A stretch of DNA of 64,000 bases from Promethearchaeia archaeon (GTDB taxonomy: Archaea; Asgardarchaeota; Lokiarchaeia; Sigyniarchaeales; SOKP01), in the NCBI GenBank assembly GCA_029856045.1, contig JAHQWG010000039.1:56728-120727 (forward strand). The letters are read 5' to 3'. The notes below the pieces were generated by a model. The model saw nothing but the letters and a program-made list of their open reading frames with translations. It did not search any database and was not told the origin of the DNA. This document shows, one piece after another, positions 1 through 10,941 of the stretch; within the stretch, counting starts at the first letter, position 1; each line of letters opens with the position of its first letter. A program made the translations under genes and the position numbers.

Positions 1-439
1 TTTGGAAGCACTCGAATATTATGAACATCTTATTGCCACTTTATCACATGGAAATAAACAAAAAATGCAAATTATTGCTGCGATTCTACATGACCCAGAT
101 TTACTTATTATGGATGAACCTCTTGCAGGTCTCGACGCAAAATCTGTTAGAGTAGTCAAGGAAATATTGGAATTACATACTCAACAAGGTGGTTCAGTTC
201 TTTTTTCTACCCACATTATGGAAGTTGCACAAGAATTATGTGATAGGATTGGAATATTAAATAAAGGTAAATTGGTAGGAATCGGTACAATTGAGGAGTT
301 AAGACATCAAGCTAATAAATTAGGTGAAAATTTAGAAGATGTGTTTTTACGCCTTACTGAACAAGATACATCAGTTGAGGAGATTGTAAAAAAATTACAT
401 AAATCATATAAAAAGAGAATAAAGGAAGAAATGATTTAA
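1..439 (+). CDS. ABC transporter ATP-binding protein (5'-truncated by window edge)
   Basis: Signature LSHGNKQK, Walker B LLIMDEP, H-loop STH. Confidence 0.92.
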   Translation, partial: LEALEYYEHLIATLSHGNKQKMQIIAAILHDPDLLIMDEPLAGLDAKSVRVVKEILELHTQQGGSVLFSTHIMEVAQELCDRIGILNKGKLVGIGTIEELRHQANKLGENLEDVFLRLTEQDTSVEEIVKKLHKSYKKRIKEEMI

Positions 440-440
440 T

Positions 441-2192
441 ATGGAAGAGCAAAAATTCAAATCTTACTCACTTTCAAAATACACTAACTACGAGATATTT
501 CTTGAATCTCAGATTCAATCTGCCGGAGCTCATCAAGCTCGATTTTTAGAAAAACTCGAAAAAAATGCAAATTACATTAGAAATGTATCAATGATGATGA
601 AAGTTATTTACTCATTCCTCTTTGTTTTTTTACCCGTCTTACCATTAGTTACTTATTTGCAACTTGTGGATTACCTTTATAGCAGAACATACACGATAGG
701 AACCATATTATTTGTTGCTAGTTTTCTTTTTGGGATCTTTTTTGCGATGGTAATCATGTATCTTATTGTCTTAGGTATGTTGCCAATCAGCTCTTTAATG
801 ACAGGTAATGCTTTCAAATGGTTGCAAACTTTACCTATCCCAAAAAAAAATTTAAAAAAGTTAGGTTTTATGACCATTTTTCGTTCTTTGAACATCCCAC
901 TTATTGTTTTGGGTGCTGCTTTTCCTATTATTATGCTTATTGGAACACAGAATATTTTGCTCTTCTTTATCTGCATTGCCACATCGATTCTCAATTTGAT
1001 TTTTAGCTTTAGCGTGCTTGTTATTATTTCGGAACGCTTAAGTCGTATTTTGAATAATCCTAACCGCCAATCTAAAAAAGCAAGTTTAGCCAGAATTTTA
1101 AGTATGACTGGTTATATGATTATCGCTATGGGATCTGGATTCATTCTGTCATGGGGTATCAGCGCTATTGATGACCTTCTTATCATTTTTGCCACATTTG
1201 AGCATTCTAATATATTAAATTTTATTTTAAGCTTAATCCCTTATCCATTTGCCCCAGGTTACTTAATATCATTGATTACCGCTCCAGATCAAATACCTAT
1301 AGGACTATTATTTACTACTATTATTGGTGTCGTGATATTTATCTTTATAACATGGGGAGCTTATAAGGTTGCCATTCGAAATCTAATAAGCGCAACATCT
1401 GCAGAACCTGAAGGAATTAAAGCTGGAGAACTTTTTATTCTCCCTGAAGAAGAAATCCAAGTTGAGATTAAAACAAAATCTCCTCTTAAGTCATATATCC
1501 AAAAAGATCTGATTTCAGCATCTCGTGATTTTCAGACATTAATTTTTTTAATTATGCCAATTATAATTCCACTTATAATGATTTTTTCGATTGTTGGCCC
1601 ATTTGGGAGTGATTTATCATCACCAACGGGTATAATGATAACTTGGTCGATAGTATTGATTTTCTCTATAATTGTACCTGCGATGTTAATATCGGGTCTT
1701 CTCAATATGGAAGAGTCTGGTGCAACCACACTAGCATCATTACCAGTTATTCCTCGAGATCAAGCGAAAGCTAAATTGATATTAATGTCAGTAATTCAAT
1801 TAATATCATTTACTATACTTACAGTAGTGCTTACAATAATTACAAATTCGATATTATTATTGGTATTGTTTTTAGCTACAATTCCGATTGTTTGGGTTTT
1901 CTTATTTTTGATGTTCGAGATGAAGATACGATTATTTGGTAAAATGAAATACAAATATGTCATTGAAGAATTAAACAAAGAACATAAAGTAGGAAAGTGG
2001 TTTTTAATGCTTCTCATCCAAATCGTTCTGTATTTTGTGTTTTCAATTTTGAGTTTTACTTTATTTAATATATTTGGAATAGAAGGTACGACACTTGGAT
2101 TATTTATTATTGGAATCATGGGATTTATGAGTTTGGTTTTTTTGTTCACCAAAATGTTTCCAAAAATCGGGAAAATAGATTTAAAAAAATAA
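441..2192 (+). CDS. Multi-pass membrane protein, putative ABC exporter permease
   Basis: About 12-14 hydrophobic segments; starts 1 nt after the ABC ATPase stop; LxxLPI/LPV motifs typical of ABC-2-like permeases. Confidence 0.75.
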   Translation: MEEQKFKSYSLSKYTNYEIFLESQIQSAGAHQARFLEKLEKNANYIRNVSMMMKVIYSFLFVFLPVLPLVTYLQLVDYLYSRTYTIGTILFVASFLFGIFFAMVIMYLIVLGMLPISSLMTGNAFKWLQTLPIPKKNLKKLGFMTIFRSLNIPLIVLGAAFPIIMLIGTQNILLFFICIATSILNLIFSFSVLVIISERLSRILNNPNRQSKKASLARILSMTGYMIIAMGSGFILSWGISAIDDLLIIFATFEHSNILNFILSLIPYPFAPGYLISLITAPDQIPIGLLFTTIIGVVIFIFITWGAYKVAIRNLISATSAEPEGIKAGELFILPEEEIQVEIKTKSPLKSYIQKDLISASRDFQTLIFLIMPIIIPLIMIFSIVGPFGSDLSSPTGIMITWSIVLIFSIIVPAMLISGLLNMEESGATTLASLPVIPRDQAKAKLILMSVIQLISFTILTVVLTIITNSILLLVLFLATIPIVWVFLFLMFEMKIRLFGKMKYKYVIEELNKEHKVGKWFLMLLIQIVLYFVFSILSFTLFNIFGIEGTTLGLFIIGIMGFMSLVFLFTKMFPKIGKIDLKK

Positions 2193-2488
2193 TAATATAA
2201 TTAATTCTTGTATTTCTTTTTTTATATATTTAATCTGCTAGATTCTTTTAATAGTGATGGAAACATCCACTATTATTGCAAATTGAATTGGTTTTAAGTA
2301 TATTTTATAAAATTAAGCTTTTAATTGAATAATCTTTTCAATTTTCGAAATTATTCCATTAATTCCAATATCTTTACTAAATACATCCATTAAATCTAAA
2401 TCAATATCATAATTAGAAAGATAGTCAATTTCTAAGCCGGTTATTAATATATCTTGAATTTTTACACTTTTTTTATATAAATATTGCC

Positions 2489-3712
2489 TTAAATCCTTTC
2501 AATGATTGTAGCAACCCCTTGTCCTCCACCCACACATGCCGTAGCGAGACCAAGGTTCCCTTCTTCAAATTGTAGAATCCTTGCAAGAGTTCCGATTAAT
2601 CGCACACCCGTCATTCCCAATGGGTGTCCAAGAGCAATAGCTCCACCTTTCACGTTTATTTTTTCATGTGGAATACCCAGCATTTTCTTTGCATATAATG
2701 GAACAATTGCAAATGCTTCGTTGATTTCCCAAAAATCGATATCCTCAACCCGTAATCCAGCGCGAGTAAGAGCTTTTTTACTTGCAGGAACAGGACCTTG
2801 TCCCATAACACTGGGATTAACACCTGCCCATGCCATCGCCTTAATTTTTGCTAGGGGTTTGATTTCGAGCTCGTCAGCACGAGACAATGATATAAGGACA
2901 CAACATCCTGCCCCTGTATTCAATGGAGATGAATTTCCTGGGGTAATTTGAGCATTCCTTTCAATTCCTTCTGAAACAAGACGGAGTTTTTTCATAGTTT
3001 CCATATTGGATCCTTCTCGCATTGATTGGTCATATTTGATTATTTTTTTAGTACCATCTGGGAGAGTTATTTCGATAGGAAGGATTTCTCCGTCAAAAAA
3101 TCCATCTTTTCGCGCCTTGACAGCTCTATTATGGGAAGTAAGACTCCAATAATCCATATCCTCCCGAGTTATATCAAGATTCTGTTCCCATAATTTTTGT
3201 GCCGTCTGAACCATTGAGTATCCGGTTTTTAAATCGTATTTTGTATGGTTTGGATAGATTTTTTCATCGGTTAATTCATAATGCCGGGCAGTTAAATCAG
3301 TTCCACGGGGAATTCTTGTCATATGTTCCATGCCACTTGCAATAACTATTTCTGAGTTACCTGTTGCGATCTCCATTGCCCCGATATGAATACTTGTCAT
3401 ACTTGATGCGCATTGTCTATCAATACCCATAGCAGCGACCGTTTCAGGTAATTCTGCTAAAAAAACAGTATGGCGTCCTCCATAAAGAAAGTTTTCTTTT
3501 ACTTGATTAGCACAACCTGTGATAACTTCATCAATTTCGGCTGGATCGAATTTTGCTCTTGCGATTATTTCTTTAATTACTAAGGATAGTAATTTATCAG
3601 CTGGAATTTTATAAAAAACATCTCGCTCTGGTTGGTTGGGACGACTTCTAGACATTGGGGTACGTAAATAATCCACAATAACAACTTCTCTTAATTCTGG
3701 CATTTTTATCAT
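2489..3712 (-). CDS. Acetyl-CoA C-acyltransferase (thiolase)
   Basis: QCASSM nucleophile, NEAF, GHPLG and CVGGG motifs. Confidence 0.95.
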   Translation of the reverse strand: MIKMPELREVVIVDYLRTPMSRSRPNQPERDVFYKIPADKLLSLVIKEIIARAKFDPAEIDEVITGCANQVKENFLYGGRHTVFLAELPETVAAMGIDRQCASSMTSIHIGAMEIATGNSEIVIASGMEHMTRIPRGTDLTARHYELTDEKIYPNHTKYDLKTGYSMVQTAQKLWEQNLDITREDMDYWSLTSHNRAVKARKDGFFDGEILPIEITLPDGTKKIIKYDQSMREGSNMETMKKLRLVSEGIERNAQITPGNSSPLNTGAGCCVLISLSRADELEIKPLAKIKAMAWAGVNPSVMGQGPVPASKKALTRAGLRVEDIDFWEINEAFAIVPLYAKKMLGIPHEKINVKGGAIALGHPLGMTGVRLIGTLARILQFEEGNLGLATACVGGGQGVATIIERI

Positions 3713-3722
3713 TTAAACGATA

Positions 3723-4520
3723 TTATTTTCCAATAAAAAAGGGTTCCTTTTTTTCGTTTAATGCAAATACACCAATTTTATAATCTTCTGATTCAGCTGA
3801 TTTTATTTGCATTTGTCTTTCATTTTCAAGATGTTCTTCAAGTGGTGTGCTAAGTGCTTCAAAAAATAATTTTTTAGTTCTTGCATAGGTTAAGGTTGGT
3901 CCTTTAGCAAATCTTTGAGCCCAATTTAGTGAAGCCTCTTCTAATTTTTCTGCAGGGACAATTTCATTAATAAATCCAAGTTTTTTCATTTGTTCTGCAG
4001 AATAAGTATCTCCAAAAAAAGACACTTGTACAGCTTGTTGCCAAGGGATTTGGCGACTTAATAAGATTGTTCCAGCAAATCCAGGAATTAAAGCAAGTTT
4101 ACAAAAGGATTGTCTAAATTTTGCATATTCTGAAGCAATTATAATATCACATGAAAGCGCAAGGTTCATCCCTGCTCCAACAGCCCATCCATTTACGGCT
4201 GCTATAACTGGTTTTGGATAAAGGCGCAAAATTAATGCAATTTTGTAAAGATCTCTTGTTAAATCATCCATTAATTGACCTGGTGTTCCATTTTCAATAC
4301 TTAACTTAAATTGTTTTATATCTCCGCCTGCTGAAAAAGCCTTTCCTGAGCCAGTAATTATTACACATCTTATATCACTATTGTCTCGAAGAGATTCTAA
4401 AACATCTAATAATTTTTTTCCCGTATCTTTATTTAATGGATTGGAATTCTCTGGATCAATGAATTTTATCGTTGCGATATTATCTTTGATTACTAATTTA
4501 ATTTTTTCTTTCATCATCAA
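3723..4520 (-). CDS. Enoyl-CoA hydratase/isomerase (crotonase family)
   Basis: AFSAGGDI and PKPVIAAVNGWAVGAG motifs. Confidence 0.93.
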   Translation of the reverse strand: MMMKEKIKLVIKDNIATIKFIDPENSNPLNKDTGKKLLDVLESLRDNSDIRCVIITGSGKAFSAGGDIKQFKLSIENGTPGQLMDDLTRDLYKIALILRLYPKPVIAAVNGWAVGAGMNLALSCDIIIASEYAKFRQSFCKLALIPGFAGTILLSRQIPWQQAVQVSFFGDTYSAEQMKKLGFINEIVPAEKLEEASLNWAQRFAKGPTLTYARTKKLFFEALSTPLEEHLENERQMQIKSAESEDYKIGVFALNEKKEPFFIGK

Positions 4521-4535
4521 TCTCCTTTTTTTTAT

Positions 4536-5756
4536 TTATTTGCCCCACATTCTAACCATTTCTCTTGAAATAAGGTATCTCATAATTTCTACAGTACCAG
4601 CTGATATTTGTCCAACTTTTGCATCTCGATAATAGCGTTCTAATGGATATTCTTCAGTGTATCCAAGTCCACCAACAACCTGTATGGCTTCTTGAGTAAT
4701 TTTAACTGCATCATCTGCAGTTCGGGCCTTAATTGCAGCTACTGAAGCTCTACAATAATGACCATCATCAAGCATTCTGGCAATTTGAATTACAGCCATT
4801 CTATTTATCTCTATAGACATAAACATTTCACTAAGTTTAAATGAAATCCCCTCAAATGAATAAAGAGGTTTTCTAAATTGCACACGTCTATGTGCGTATT
4901 TGTATGCCACTTCAAATGCACTTCTTGAGATGCCGATATATTGAGACGCAGTAAAAGTTCGTTCCCCATCAAGACCAAAAAGCAATACATCTAATCCCGC
5001 ATTTTCTTTATGAAGCACATTTTCAACTGACACCTTACAATTATTAAATCGCAGATGTGAATTAGGCATTCCTCTGCGTCCCAGATGTTTATAATCTTTG
5101 ATAACTTCAAAACCAGGAGTATCAGTTTCAAATATAAATGCTGTAATACCTTGATGAGGTCTTACTTTATCATTTGTTATTGCATATAAGCAAATATAAT
5201 CAGCCACACTGCCATTTGTTATGAAACACTTCTCTCCATTGAGGATATAATGATCCCCTTCTCTTTTAGCTTTTAATTTCATTCCACCAATTGCATCAGA
5301 TCCCCCTGTAGGTTCTGTTACACCTATCGCACCAATTTTTGTGCCATCAGCAATTCCTGAAAGAAATTTCTTCTTTTGCTCTGGAGTTCCAAATTCTATA
5401 ACAGGACCAGCAAATAAACATGAAGATGCTCCAAATGTACTTGCTAAAGCATAATTGAAAGCAGTTAATTCTTCACCAAAAATAGTACGATATAAAACCC
5501 CTTTACCAAGACCTCCAGCCTCTTCTGGGATAATTATATTTAAATAAGGCTTCATTTTTCGTAAAGTTTCAACTACAAGCTCATAATTTCTCTCCCTATC
5601 AATTTTTTCTACAACAGGTTCAACATTTTCTTTACACCACTTGCGTACTTCCATCCGGAAATTATTTTCTTCATTGGAATAATAGTGCAGAGTTTTAGGC
5701 ATACAAGAATATCCATATTCCAAATTCAAATCTTCAAAATGAACATGTCCTTCCAT
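4536..5756 (-). CDS. Acyl-CoA dehydrogenase (isovaleryl-CoA DH-like catalytic arrangement)
   Basis: TEPTGGSD, NGEKCFITNG, RVQF, GGLGY; Glu in GLDGER and Ala in ISAGT, as in IVD/LCAD. Confidence 0.92.
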   Translation of the reverse strand: MEGHVHFEDLNLEYGYSCMPKTLHYYSNEENNFRMEVRKWCKENVEPVVEKIDRERNYELVVETLRKMKPYLNIIIPEEAGGLGKGVLYRTIFGEELTAFNYALASTFGASSCLFAGPVIEFGTPEQKKKFLSGIADGTKIGAIGVTEPTGGSDAIGGMKLKAKREGDHYILNGEKCFITNGSVADYICLYAITNDKVRPHQGITAFIFETDTPGFEVIKDYKHLGRRGMPNSHLRFNNCKVSVENVLHKENAGLDVLLFGLDGERTFTASQYIGISRSAFEVAYKYAHRRVQFRKPLYSFEGISFKLSEMFMSIEINRMAVIQIARMLDDGHYCRASVAAIKARTADDAVKITQEAIQVVGGLGYTEEYPLERYYRDAKVGQISAGTVEIMRYLISREMVRMWGK

Positions 5757-5907
5757 TTACATCACAATTAAAATAGTACGATTTATTGAATTAGTAAATT
5801 ATTAATTCGTTTAAAGGATATTTAAATTGTAATTCTTTAACATTTTTCTTACTTTTAAAAATATCTATAGAAAGGATTTAAAGTGTGAAAAAGTTTTTAT
5901 AAAATTT

Positions 5908-7566
5908 TTAAAAGATAGTTGTCATTTTATAAGTGCCATAAACTTCTTTTAATATATCACAAATTTCCCCAGTAGTAGCATATACTTTTACGGCATTTAT
6001 CAAATAAGGCATTAAATTCTCATCAGTTTTAGCAACTTCTTTGATTTTAATAAGTTTCTCATGCACAAGATTGTTATCTCTTGACTCTTTAATTTTCTTT
6101 AATTTATCAATCTGTTGTTGCTCAATTTCCGGATCTGATTTTAAAATCTCCAACTTTAAATCTTCTTTATCAATTTGAAATTTATTTACTCCAATTACAA
6201 TTTGTTCTCCCTTCTCAATGGATTGTTGTATTTTATATGCATTTTCTTGGATTTCTTTTTGAATATAACCGTTTTCTATCGCATTAATTGCGCCTCCTTG
6301 TTGTTCAATTTTTTTAATTATTTTAAACGCTTCCTCCTCCATTTGATTTGTTAGTGATTCCAAATAGTATGATCCGCCAATTGGATCTATTACATTTCCA
6401 GCACCAGTTTCATATGCGATTATTTGTTGAGTTCGTAATGATAAACGTACAGAATCTTTACTTGGAAGACTTAGAGCTTCATCTCTACTACTCGAATGAA
6501 TTGATTGAGCTCCTCCCAATACAGAAGCAAGAGTTTGAATGGCAACTCTTATTAAATTTACATCGGGTTGCTGAGCGGTTAATGAGGAACCGATAGTTTG
6601 AGCATGAAATCTTAATTGCATTGATTTTAAATTTTTTGCTTTAAATCTGTTTTTTATTATTTTAGCCCATATTCTTCTTGCAGCTCTAAATTTAGCAATT
6701 TCTTCAAAAAAGTCATTATAAGTACAAAAGAAGAAAGCTAATCGACTTGCAAATTGATCAATATCTAAACCCCGTTTTAATACTTCTTCCACATACGCTA
6801 TTGCATTTGTTAAAGTAAAGGCAATCTCCTGAACTGCTGTTGCTCCAGCTTCTCGAATATGATACCCTGAGATGCTTATTGTATTAAAATGAGGGAGTTT
6901 TTTTGAACAATACTCGATTACATCGGCGACTAACTTCATAGATGGGATGGGTGGGAAAATATAGGTATTTCTAGCAATATATTCTTTTAAAATATCATTT
7001 TGCACAGTTCCACGTAATTTATCTATAGATACACCTTGTTTTTCAGCCAATGCGATATACATCGCAAGAATTATAGCAGTAGGAGCATTGATGGTCATAG
7101 AGGTGCTAACTTGGTCTAACGGAATACCTTCAAAAAGATCTTCCATATCCTTTAATGAGGAAATTGGTACTCCCGTCTTTCCAACCTCTCCTTGAGCTAA
7201 AATATGGTCACTATCAAAACCCATCTGGGTACATAAATCAAAAGCGACGCTTAGGCCAGTCTGACCATGTTCAAGTAAATATTTATAACGTTGATTCGTT
7301 AATTTAGCGTTCTGAAAGCCACTATACTGACGCATCGTCCACAATCTCCCTCTGTACATTGTTGAATATGGTCCTCTTGTGAAAGGAAACTCCCCCGGTA
7401 AATTGATATCACCATAAGTAGTATCTTTCAGATCTAAAGGTGTATATATGGGTTTTAATTGAAAATACGAACTATTTTCAATTTTTTCCAAGTCAAATTT
7501 CTTAATTTTTCCTTTCCATCTTTTTAAATCTTCGGAAAGTCTTTTTTCTTCTTCCTTATCAATCAT
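5908..7566 (-). CDS. Methylmalonyl-CoA mutase, substrate-binding (large) subunit
   Basis: PGEFPFTRG, WTMRQYSGF (Tyr), QNDILKEYIARNTYIFPP (Arg), SISGYHIREAG; no C-terminal DxHxxG cobalamin domain. Confidence 0.93.
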   Translation of the reverse strand: MIDKEEEKRLSEDLKRWKGKIKKFDLEKIENSSYFQLKPIYTPLDLKDTTYGDINLPGEFPFTRGPYSTMYRGRLWTMRQYSGFQNAKLTNQRYKYLLEHGQTGLSVAFDLCTQMGFDSDHILAQGEVGKTGVPISSLKDMEDLFEGIPLDQVSTSMTINAPTAIILAMYIALAEKQGVSIDKLRGTVQNDILKEYIARNTYIFPPIPSMKLVADVIEYCSKKLPHFNTISISGYHIREAGATAVQEIAFTLTNAIAYVEEVLKRGLDIDQFASRLAFFFCTYNDFFEEIAKFRAARRIWAKIIKNRFKAKNLKSMQLRFHAQTIGSSLTAQQPDVNLIRVAIQTLASVLGGAQSIHSSSRDEALSLPSKDSVRLSLRTQQIIAYETGAGNVIDPIGGSYYLESLTNQMEEEAFKIIKKIEQQGGAINAIENGYIQKEIQENAYKIQQSIEKGEQIVIGVNKFQIDKEDLKLEILKSDPEIEQQQIDKLKKIKESRDNNLVHEKLIKIKEVAKTDENLMPYLINAVKVYATTGEICDILKEVYGTYKMTTIF

Positions 7567-7800
7567 TAATTTCAGCTCAAATAAATAACCGAATAAAAAT
7601 AATTATGAAACCAAATTAAAAATTAGCATTTACATTAGGATAATTTTTTTTGATCTTGTTTAAATTATTCATAATTTGTCAGAAAAATTAAAATTAAATA
7701 AAATTAAATAAAAATTTTGTCAATTAAAATTAATTCAAATTAAATTTCAAAATAAAATATACGCAAAAAGTTGAATAAATCACATAGGAGATAAAAAAAA

Positions 7801-8994
7801 ATGGAACTTAAATTTACTGAAGAGCAAGAAATGTTCAGAGAAAGTGTAAGGGAGTATTGTCAAAGGAAAATTGCACCCGTTGCTCTTGAAATGGAAAAAA
7901 CCAGGGAGATATCAATAGAAATCAAGAAAGGAATGGCCGAACTTGGTCTTCTTGGATGTACAGCCTCACCAGAATATGGTGGTTCAGGACTTGATGCCGT
8001 GAGCGCTGGTGTTATAGGAGAAGAGCTGGCAAGAGCAGATCCTACGGGTTCAATACCCGTTTTCTATCTCGTTCAAGCAGCATGGGGTTTTGTTCTCAAT
8101 AAATATGGAACAGAAGAAGCAAAAAAAGAGATATTTCCAAAAGTTATTGCGGGAGAATATTTTCTTGGAATCGCTACAACTGAAAGTGATGCCGGGTCAG
8201 ATGTAGCAGGAACTAGAACTATGATCAAAAAGGAAGGTGATGGTTATATTGTAAATGGAGAGAAAATGTATATAAGTGGGGTACGCGAAGCTGCAGAAGG
8301 TGGTGGAGGACATCTTACGATTGCGAAGCAGAACCCAGAACTTGGCACTAGAGGTATGACAATGTTTTATTTACCTCTTACGGCTGATGGTATTACCCCA
8401 ACATACATTGATGATTTAGGCAGAGAGGGTATATCCTGTGGTGGATTTGCAATAGATAATGTAAAAATTCCGAAGTATTATATATTAGGAGAAGAAAATA
8501 AGGGGTTTTACATTGTTCACGAGGGGTACGAATTTGCAAGGGGATTAATTGCAGTAATATGCGCAGCAGCAGGTCTAAAATCATTAGAAAACGGTATGAA
8601 TTACATTAAAGAAAGAAAATGTTTTGGTACTGCTATTGGAAAATTTGAAGAAATTAACTTCAGACTAGCCGAACATTATACTAGGCTTAATATGTTAAGA
8701 GATTTGGCATATAAGTCATTATGGACTATTGACAAAGAACAACAAGGAAAGGGATCCAGATTTGAAACAAGTAAAGCAATCGCTATGGCAAAAATGTTTG
8801 CATCTGATTGGGCTTGCAATGCTATAAATGATGTAATGCAATGGCAGGGAGCATTTGGCTATTCTAGAGAGTGTCCAGACCAAGCCGCTTGGAGAGCTAT
8901 AAGGTCTTTTGCGCTTGCAGAAGGTTCAAAAGAAATGATGAAGATGATCGTAGCTAGAGAACTACTTGGCAAGGAATTTATTGCCTACAAGTGA
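7801..8994 (+). CDS. Acyl-CoA dehydrogenase
   Basis: TESDAGSD, NGEKMYIS, GAFGY, LAEGS; GGAG ribosome-binding site upstream. Confidence 0.93.
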   Translation: MELKFTEEQEMFRESVREYCQRKIAPVALEMEKTREISIEIKKGMAELGLLGCTASPEYGGSGLDAVSAGVIGEELARADPTGSIPVFYLVQAAWGFVLNKYGTEEAKKEIFPKVIAGEYFLGIATTESDAGSDVAGTRTMIKKEGDGYIVNGEKMYISGVREAAEGGGGHLTIAKQNPELGTRGMTMFYLPLTADGITPTYIDDLGREGISCGGFAIDNVKIPKYYILGEENKGFYIVHEGYEFARGLIAVICAAAGLKSLENGMNYIKERKCFGTAIGKFEEINFRLAEHYTRLNMLRDLAYKSLWTIDKEQQGKGSRFETSKAIAMAKMFASDWACNAINDVMQWQGAFGYSRECPDQAAWRAIRSFALAEGSKEMMKMIVARELLGKEFIAYK

Positions 8995-9069
8995 AAAGAA
9001 TAATTTTTTAAAATTTTTTTTATTATTTTATATTATTATTTTAAGGAAATAAAGATTAAAAAAATTTTA

Positions 9070-9867
9070 GTGGATATTATTGTGAGATTTATAGTTTGTG
9101 TGAAAGAGGTTCCAGAATCAATAGATGTAAAAATTGATCTTAAAACTAATAAACTTCAGGAAGAAGGCATTTCAACCACTTTAAATCCCTTTGATCAATT
9201 CATATTAGAGGAGGCTTTAAAGTTGAAGAAAAATGAGGATGAAATCATTGCAATATCAATAGGAACACCTCAAACAAAAAAGGTTTTAATGAAATGTCTT
9301 GCACTTGGTGCTGATAAAGCTATTTTGCTCAGTGACAATGTCTTTATAGGATCTGATTCTTTTGCCACAGCCTACACTCTTTCTAAAGTAATTAATAAGA
9401 TTGGAGATTTTGATATAATTTTTTGTGGACAACAAACAGTTGATGGTAATACAGCTCAAGTTGGTCCCGAATTAGCCGCTCAACTCAAAATACCGCAAGT
9501 CACTTATGTAGAAAGTGTAGAAAAATTTGAAGGAAAGAAATTATTGGTAAAATCACAAACAGATGATGGATTTAAAATAGTAGAATCACAAATCCCGGTA
9601 CTTTTAGCGGGGATTCCTCCATCATCATTTACACCAAGCCTCCCACCTTTGCGAAATATAATAGCAGCTCAAGATAAACCATGTATCATATGGAATTTTG
9701 AAAATTTAGATGGTCCCAAAGATAAATATGGCTCGGTAGGATCGTTAATACAGATTACTAAAGTTTATTATCCTCCTCCAAGAGAAAAAGGTATTATGAT
9801 TGTTGAAGAACCTATAACTGCAGTTGAAAAGCTTATTGAATTATTAACTAAGGATAAGGTGATTTAA
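9070..9867 (+). CDS. etfB: Electron transfer flavoprotein beta subunit
   Basis: VCVKEVP, NPFD, ALGAD, GQQTVDGNTAQVG motifs. Confidence 0.93.
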   Translation: MDIIVRFIVCVKEVPESIDVKIDLKTNKLQEEGISTTLNPFDQFILEEALKLKKNEDEIIAISIGTPQTKKVLMKCLALGADKAILLSDNVFIGSDSFATAYTLSKVINKIGDFDIIFCGQQTVDGNTAQVGPELAAQLKIPQVTYVESVEKFEGKKLLVKSQTDDGFKIVESQIPVLLAGIPPSSFTPSLPPLRNIIAAQDKPCIIWNFENLDGPKDKYGSVGSLIQITKVYYPPPREKGIMIVEEPITAVEKLIELLTKDKVI

Positions 9868-9868
9868 A

Positions 9869-10885
9869 ATAGAGTCCACAAAAGATAATTTTTCTAGTTA
9901 TCAAGATGTATGGGTATTTGCCGAGATTAAGAATAATGAAATAAGAGAAATTACTTTAGAATTGCTTGGTAAAGCAAAAGAACTTGCAAATGAGTTAAGC
10001 CAAGATATTTGTGCTGTAATTATTGGAAGCGAAATAAGAAAATTCTGTAATGTACTCTCTACTTTTGGTGCAAATAAAATATATATTGCTGAAGATGGTG
10101 CCCTTAAAGAATATAACACAGAAATATATACTTCCATTCTTACTAAAATAATTCTAAAGCATAAACCAAATATTTTGCTATTCCCTGCCACAAAAATTGG
10201 AAGGGATTTAGCCCCAAGAGTCGCCTCCACACTAAAATTGGGGCTCGCAGCTGATTGTATAAAATTGACTATACAAAATGGTAAATTATTAATGACTCGC
10301 CCGGTGTATGGCGATAATATCTTAGCCGATATTATTTGTCCAAATACTCGACCACAAATGGCAACAATCAGAGCTAAAATGATGGAAAAGGCAGAACCAA
10401 AACAAAATGAAAGTGCTGAAGTTATTAAAGAACCTGTTAATATTAATGTTGATTCTTTTAAGACAATTGTAAAAGAAAAGAAAAAGACATCAATACCGGG
10501 TGTAAAATCAATTGATGAAGCTGATATTATTATATCTGGAGGCAGAGGTGTTGGAAGTAAAGAGACATTTAAAATTATCGAGGAATTAGCTGATGTATTG
10601 AATGCTGCTGTAGGAGCAAGTAGGACTGCGGTTGAAGCTGGCTGGAAACCAAAATCATGTCAAGTAGGACAGAGTGGTACAACAGTTTCACCAAAAATAT
10701 ACATTGCCTGTGGAATATCAGGGACAACCCAGCATCTAGTAGGAATGAAAGGGAGTGATGTTATAATAGCAATAAATAAAGACCCCGAGGCACCGATATT
10801 TGAGGTTGCAAATTATGGTATTGTCGGAGATTTGAAAGAAGTTGTACCGCTATTAACAAAAGCATTAAAGGAAAAAAAGATTTAA
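9869..10885 (+). CDS. etfA: Electron transfer flavoprotein alpha subunit (start extended to ATA at 9869)
   Basis: GGRG, GASR, QVGQSG, GISG, AINKDP motifs; conserved N-terminal VWVFAE lies upstream of the first TTG (9962). Confidence 0.9.
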   Translation: MESTKDNFSSYQDVWVFAEIKNNEIREITLELLGKAKELANELSQDICAVIIGSEIRKFCNVLSTFGANKIYIAEDGALKEYNTEIYTSILTKIILKHKPNILLFPATKIGRDLAPRVASTLKLGLAADCIKLTIQNGKLLMTRPVYGDNILADIICPNTRPQMATIRAKMMEKAEPKQNESAEVIKEPVNINVDSFKTIVKEKKKTSIPGVKSIDEADIIISGGRGVGSKETFKIIEELADVLNAAVGASRTAVEAGWKPKSCQVGQSGTTVSPKIYIACGISGTTQHLVGMKGSDVIIAINKDPEAPIFEVANYGIVGDLKEVVPLLTKALKEKKI

Positions 10886-10941
10886 AAAAACAGACATTTT
10901 TTTTCCTTGTCATTGGGGAAGATAAGAAGCTGTGAAATTAG

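Noticed and set aside
2249-2275. SECIS element
   Set aside because: The stem is too short, lacks the AUGA/GA core geometry, and no in-frame-TGA selenoprotein candidate is nearby.
677-2951. Short overlapping or antisense ORFs from the track (here and throughout the window)
   Set aside because: They lie within well-supported genes on another frame or strand and have no motifs.
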